The notes below the pieces were generated by a model. The model saw only the letters and a program-made list of their open reading frames with translations, did no database searches and was not told the DNA's origin. This document shows, piece by piece, positions 58,004 to 64,000 of a stretch of 64,000 nucleotides of DNA. This stretch comes from Thecamonas trahens ATCC 50062. Lineage: Eukaryota; Protista; Apusomonadida. The translations under genes were made by a program, and so were the position numbers. The stretch is from contig NW_013657636.1 of NCBI RefSeq assembly GCF_000142905.1, positions 186,001 to 250,000 on the forward strand, read 5' to 3'. Each line of letters starts with the position of its first letter. The first letter of the stretch is position 1.

Positions 58004-61000
58004 TCATGACTCCTTCATCAGCCGCTTGCTCCTACGGCGCCGTTCGTTGCGGACACCCTTGGTGAGCGCCGAGGGCTTGCGGACACGGGTGGAGCGGTTG
58101 GCGCGAGGTGCAGGCTTGGGTGGCGAAGGCGAGAGGGCGTTGTCAGGCTCGACGAGCGCGAGGTCACCGTCACCGTCACCGCCATCATCACCACTGGCGT
58201 TGGCGGCAAACGAGTTGACGTTAAGCGGAGTCCGCGGCTTGCGCGTCCGGCGCGACCGCCGCAGCGCGGGCGTCGACGGCGACGACATTGGTGACGGAAG
58301 CTGCGGCTTGCTCGTCGGCGAGTCGGACTTGAAGGCGGCAAACGCGGCAAACGATGGCGAGGCCGCGTTTCCGGCGCTGCCGGTCTCCGCGATGTCCATG
58401 GCCGACCGCCCGCGGTGGACGGCCGGTGACGGTCCACTCTGCATGGCGACGAGGCGAGCCATTTCGCGGTCGTCGTCGTCATCGTCGTCGACGGCGACGT
58501 TGCCACTGCTGCTGTTGTCGTCTTGGCTACCGTGCGCTTCGCTTGCGTTGGCCTCGCCCTCACTCTCGCCCTCGTCCATAGCCTGGCGGCCGCCCGAGTC
58601 GGCGGGTGCAGCAGTGCGGGCGTGCACGCCGCCGCCGCGCTTGCCGGGCGTCTGGATGCGGCCGGCAAGAACAGAACCGTGCGGTGAGGCAGCGGAAGCG
58701 GCAAAGCCGACGGTCTTGCGCTTCTTGCGCTGCGGCTCTGAAGCGAGCGCTGACGCGACGTCGGACCGGGTTCGACCGACCAGCGGGCCGATCGACGGTG
58801 GTGTGGCGAGTGCAAACTGCCGCGGGACCGTCGGGAGCGGCGTGGCTGGCGAGGCGCGGACAGGCACCCGGCGGATGGCTGGCGAGACCCGGGCGCCACC
58901 GCTGGCCGGCGATGCGAGCTCCGAAAGGAGCGCCATCCGCCGGAGCCGCGGCGCGCCGCCGTCGCGGCCGATGAGGGAGCTGGCCGGCGAGCCCCGGGCG
59001 CCCGCGGGCGGGCTCGTCTCGCGGGCGCCGAGCTCGCGGGTGGCCAGCGGCGTGCCAAACGTCGGCGACGCCGTCTCGGCCGCCGGCGCCTCGACCTCGG
59101 TCACCGAGAGCGCACCTGAGGGCGGGGCAAGCTCGGGGGTAGAGATGATCGACAGCGGCTTGGCTCCCGAGCCGAGGCGGCGGACCATAGCCGGCGACAT
59201 GAACGACGCCCGCGCTGCGCTGGAAAGCAGCCGCGCCGCAGGCGCAGGCGCAGTCTTGGCCGGCGGTGTGGCGAGAGGCTCGACCGGAGCACGGACCGGG
59301 CCAGTGATCTCGGGCTCGGCGGTGGGAAAGGTGATGGCCTTGGCTGTGTGGCGGACGGTCGGCTGCTTCCGCGCGCGCGGGGTGGTCGGCGGGGCCGAAA
59401 AGGCGCGGCTGCTGACAGAGGCGCCAGAGGCAAAGGCAGCAAAAGCCGGCGAGGTCGGCGATGTCGGTGACGCGACGGTGGCCTGGGCGGCAGGGAGGGG
59501 CTCGCGGGCGGCGGAAATGTCGGCGCGAGTCATGCCGAGCGGGAGCTTGGGAAGGGCGGCGAGGTCGGAGAGGGCCTCGGGCAGTGTGGCTGCATAGTTG
59601 AGGGCGAGCCGCTCGCGGAGCGCGGCCTGCTCGGGGCTGATGCCCTCGCGCTCACCAAGCCAGGCAAAGAGCTGCAGGGCCTCGATGAGGCGGCCGCGTT
59701 GGAAGAGGTACATGAGGACGAGGTCGGCGTGGAGGACGACGGGCGAGGAGAGGAGCCATGCAAAGGTGACACGCTCTTCGGCCTTGTTGAGCGGGAGCTT
59801 GATGAGGTTGGCGAGGCACTTGCGGTCGGAGGCGCACTGCAGGAGCGTGTGCAGCAGGATCTGCAGTCGCGACGCCTCGTAGCCGAGCGACATGAGCGCA
59901 AAGTTGCGGACGGCGACAAATGCCTCCTCCAGACAGCCGTTGAGGGCAAGGACGCGGATCCGGGTCTGCATGTGGGTCACCGACTCGAGCGGTGGCGAGA
60001 CGCGGCGCATAAAGGTGAGGGCTGCGGCCGGCGCGTCGGCGGCGAGAAAGGCGGCGAGGACCTCGTTCGGCACACGGAGGCGAACGTGGCTGAGCGTGAG
60101 CTTGGCGAGAGCGTCGTGAACAGGCTCGGCGCTCGAGCTGGGAGCCACGGCCTTGTCGAGCGCCCACTCGCCACGGAGCCGATCGCGCTCGCCTTCGGGA
60201 ATCATAAAGGCGGCGGCAAAGCGGTCGACGAGTGCAGCCGCGACGCCGAGGTCGAGGAGGAAGACTAGGACGAGCGATCGCTTGTCGAGTACCTGAGCCG
60301 CAGAGCCGTCGAGAAAGAGCTGCGAGAGCAGGTCGCCGGTCGACGACGGCGGGTAGGCTGAGCGCGGGAGGCAAAGCTCGGCGACGAGGCGATCGACAAA
60401 GAGAGCGCGCGGAGCAGCAGCGTCGCGGCGGGCGGCGAGGGTGGCCCGGAGCTTTCCGCTGGTGCATGCCTGGGGGGCAAGGAGGTCGTTCTTGACAAAC
60501 CAGATGAGGAGCTCGAGGTGCTGTGAGACTTGCAGAATCGAGTTGATCTTGTGTGCGAGGAGTGCAGCCGACTCGGCGGCCTCGAGCGAGTCGTCGACTC
60601 GGGCCTGCAGCGCACCGATGACCGAGAACAGGCCACCGAGGCGGGTAAAAGCAGTCTCAAGGACCGAGAGTAGGACCTTCTTGGGATAGCTGGCCGGCTC
60701 CGCGTAGAGGGCGACGGTGAGTGCGTCGAGAGCAGCCGAGACGGCGTCAAAGTACGACGAGGCCCAGGCGAGCACCGCGGCCGGGTTGCCGAGGACGTAG
60801 CTCGGCTCGGCGCCGGCGTACGCGGTCTCCTCTGCCGATATGTACTGGCAGATGACGCCGACGAGATTTGACTCGAGGATGAGCGAGAGCAGATGGGCGC
60901 GCTGGTAGTCCTCGTTGTTCTCGCGACGGACGTCGAGCTGCGAGACTGGGAGGAGGCCGGCAACCTTGGCGGCGGTGTAGCACGGAGTCGGATGGGCGAG

Positions 61001-62902
61001 GGCAGTCGGCCCGCTCGAGGCCAGCTCGGTGAGAACCCGGTCCTTGCCCGACTCAAACTGGACCGCACTCAGCGTCTGGCCCGTGAGCAGCTTGAAGCCA
61101 AACGACCAGGCCTCGAGCTCGGTTTGCCACTGGGTACCCGAGACGGCCGGCACGTCGTAGCCGAGCGCCAGCGCCAGCGTGGCGAGCTCGGTCTCAGGCT
61201 CGAGGTCAGCCACAAGGCGTGCGCCGTGGACGGTGGCTGTGACATCGAGCGCGGCGGCAAGGACCGGCGCGTCGAGCTCGATGCCCTGGGTCGAGAGCCA
61301 GGTCAGTGCCTCGGACTCGAGCGAGTGCGCGACGGCAACAAGCTCGCCGGCTGCCACCAGTGGGCTCGAGCGCTCGTTGCGCCACTCTTCCCACAGAAAG
61401 GCGACACGACCTAGCTCAGACGGCTTGTCAGTGAGCAAGTCTGACTCTTCATCAGCCTGCATCATGCCGGGTGCGCGGCCGGGCACGTCGCGGGCGAGGA
61501 GAGTGGCGGCGACAAGCCGGGCAGCGCGCGGCAGGTCGGCGGCGCCGGCACGCGACATGACGAGCTCGTCGCCCGAGCCGGACGACGAAACAGTGTGGCG
61601 GCCGCGGCCAAGAGTGACCTCCAGAAAGTGGCGCGTAATGACGCCGCGCGTCGGGAGCGCCATCGGCGGGACAGCCTCGGCGAGCGCCGGGGTGAGCGCA
61701 AGTGACGAGCGTGCAATCCAGACCACAACTTTGACGTCGTCGTCGAGCTGCTGGGCGACAAAGCCGGAGACAGGGGGAAGGGAGTCGGCGCCGAGCAGGT
61801 CCGCGACCGAGTCGTCGTCCGAGACGATGACTGCCTCCCCGGTAAAGACCGAGAGCAGCATGTAGCCACCGTGGCAGTAGCCGGCGGCAATGACACCGGC
61901 GACGGGCAGGACAGCAAGCGCCGAGACGGCAGCACGCGATGCGGCGAAGCGAGCGCCAGCCGCGCAGTTTCCGTCGGTCATCTGGGAGTCAAGCTCAAAA
62001 TGAGGGAGCTCGTCGAGCGTCACAATAGCGCCGCGTGCCGTCACGAGTTGGGTCACGTCAACGAGGATGACACGCCCCGAGTTGGTGCCGACGGCGATGA
62101 GGGCGTCGACGTGGTCTGAAGCGAGAAACGGAGCAAGCGATGCGACGCGCTTGGCCTTGGCCATGTTTTGCCAGCGGACCATCTGCCGCGGATCCGCCAG
62201 GTGCGCCAGAGCAGTGACTGTCTCAGGCAGTTCGACAGCGCCGAGGAGGAGGCCTGAGCGCAGGTCGATGACTCTCACCAGCGCTGCTCCGCGGTCCTCG
62301 GCCGTCGCGACCACTGCCACCGTACCAGCACGAGTGGCAGCATAGCAGGCAGTCAGAACCGGCGACTGGAGGTGTACATACGCATTTCGGGTGAGTGGGA
62401 GTGGGAAGACGGAGCAGTGGGACAGGGAGGGGGAGGGGGGTTCAGGAAAAAGCCGTCACTTGCGACTCTGCCGGTTTGATCGGGTGGTTGATCGCGGGAG
62501 AGAGGGGGGGGGAGACGGGGGCAGGGTGGGGCAGCTGCGGGTGGCGAGCAGGATGGGTAGGGGGGAGGGGGGGCGAGGATGAGGAGTGGGAAAGGATGCG
62601 TACAGAGGTGGTGTAGGCGTGTGTGGTGTCAGAGGTAGGCGAGGAGGCGAGAGTGTGTGCGCCCGGGAGGTGGCCGGAGACGCGGGTTGATGACGCCCGA
62701 GCCTCGCGGGCGAGGTCAAAGACAGCGACCTCATTGCCACGGACAAGGAGGGCAGAGGATGTGGCAAGAGAGAGCCGACCAATGCCTGGATGTGCTGTGC
62801 GGGAAGGGTGGGGGCAGCAGACTCAAAGGCCACAGGAAGCGCAGCTGTGGCGCTCACTGGCGGCTCGCTCCGCTGCGTTACAGCCTCGCGCGCCAAGGAC
62901 AT
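58004..62902 (-). CDS. AHCTF1: Nucleoporin ELYS/AHCTF1; intron 62603-62366; frame break near 62790
   Basis: ELYS-domain motif LFVDRL...YPPSS..DLL...KRSLVLVFLLD...FAAAFMIP...GEWALD; N-terminal beta-propeller-like region; basic disordered tail. Confidence 0.85.
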
Positions 62903-63063
62903 GGCCAGCCGAGTCGGGTGTGGTCTCTCGAGATCGGTGTGGTGGAGGTGGAGGCGATGAGGGGGCTTGGGTGATGGATAGCCAGCTGGACGTATGTATG
63001 TGTGTTGTGTGCGTGCGTGCGTATGCGTGTGGCTTTGTGTATGTGTGCGTATGTGTGTGTGTA

Positions 63064-64000
63064 TTAGAGGCGGGATGGGATGTCGGCGACGTGAAGATGT
63101 GCGGTGTCGAAGAGAAAGTCGAGGATGATCTTGGCAACGCCGCGTGGATCGTCGAGGTGCGGATGGTGGGAGGTGGGGGTACGTGGATGGTCGAGTTAAA
63201 GGCCTTTGCAAGGGCGGTGACGCCGTCGGAGAAAGACCCGCGGTCCGAGGCGATCTGGATGGAGGGGCAGGTGGCACGAGCGGCGTAGGCGTCAAAGATC
63301 TCCTGGGTAAAGAACTGACCGGAGGAGAGCTTGAGGCGTGGATCGTGGGCAAAACGGAAGCCGTCCTTGTAGGGGCGCGAGCCACGCTCCATGAGGACGC
63401 GGGCATCGTAAGCAGAGACAACAGGCGGGACTGGCAGGCCAAGGGACTCAGCCCGCGACTCGGCGCGATCGAGGAGCGACGAGGCGAGGCGGACGGCCAT
63501 GGCATCCTTGGACGGGTAGACCCGGTACCGCGGTTCCATGCGGACAGCGGCAGCTTCAGCGCGGGCCGAGTTGGCGAGGATGGTCGGCATGACCTCGGCC
63601 TTGATGAGGTAGACCGGGGCGTCGAGAAAGACGACGCCTGTGACAATGTCTGGCAGCATGCCCGCGGCGTAGGCCGCGACGTGGCCGCCCATCGAATGGC
63701 CCATCAGCACAACCTTGGACCAGCCAAGAGCAGCAATGACATGGGTCACATGCTTGAGGTATGTGTAGAACGAGTACGCACCGTCCGGGCCGAGATGATC
63801 CGAGAGTCCGTGACCTACAAAGTCGAGGGCCACGAGCTGGACGACCGACGAGAGCGACGATGAGCCCGACGCCTGCTCTGCCGACTTTGTCGCAACTCCG
63901 GCTATAGCCGGCAAAGACGTTGACGTCGAGTTTGACGTCGAGGACAAAGGGAGCCGTGTTGTGAGGTGGGAAGGAGCTTCAGCTAGCTCAAGTGCCGCAC
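63064..64000 (-). CDS. Alpha/beta serine hydrolase (SERHL-like); 5' end outside the window; frame break near 63177
   Basis: ALDFVGHGLSDH, GHSMGG nucleophile motif, HDPRL. The catalytic His motif HHPHLDDP lies in the -1 frame, which ends at TAA 63064. Confidence 0.88.

Noticed and set aside
62823-63063. C-terminal extension of the hydrolase as given in the ORF track
   Set aside because: It runs through a CA microsatellite and lacks the catalytic His. The real C-terminus is in the -1 frame, ending at 63064.

Overview
GC-rich, gene-dense eukaryotic nuclear DNA from a protist. It has short GT-AG introns, two N-gaps and convergent genes often only 10-80 bp apart; an apusomonad such as Thecamonas is my inference, not something the sequence proves. 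About 28 protein-coding genes are recognisable: GatA amidase, KCTD9-like, ARID1/LFR-like ARM, Fes1/HSPBP1, SF3B1, RING-H2, SGNH hydrolase, ZNHIT2, FAM133-like, Trk/HKT, a sushi membrane protein, a TKL kinase, KIF21-like kinesin, a CRN-like nuclease, SF1, ABCC, OGDH E1, RPA49, calcineurin B, Rab1, two fibrillarins, ASPH-like, ELYS and a serine hydrolase. There is also a piggyBac relic and several minisatellites. Main oddities: (1) about nine apparent -1 frame breaks, mostly near gene ends, where sequencing error is the default explanation but editing or frameshifting is testable; (2) an ORF starting with a histone H3 tail mimic (ARTKQTAR) that probably joins a kinase; (3) a tandem fibrillarin paralog lacking a catalytic Lys; (4) an exact 142-bp SF1 fragment inserted in a neighbouring gene; (5) SF3B1 substituted at several cancer-hotspot positions; (6) a 5-nt Rab1 microexon; (7) KASH-like and p53/CudA-like candidates.
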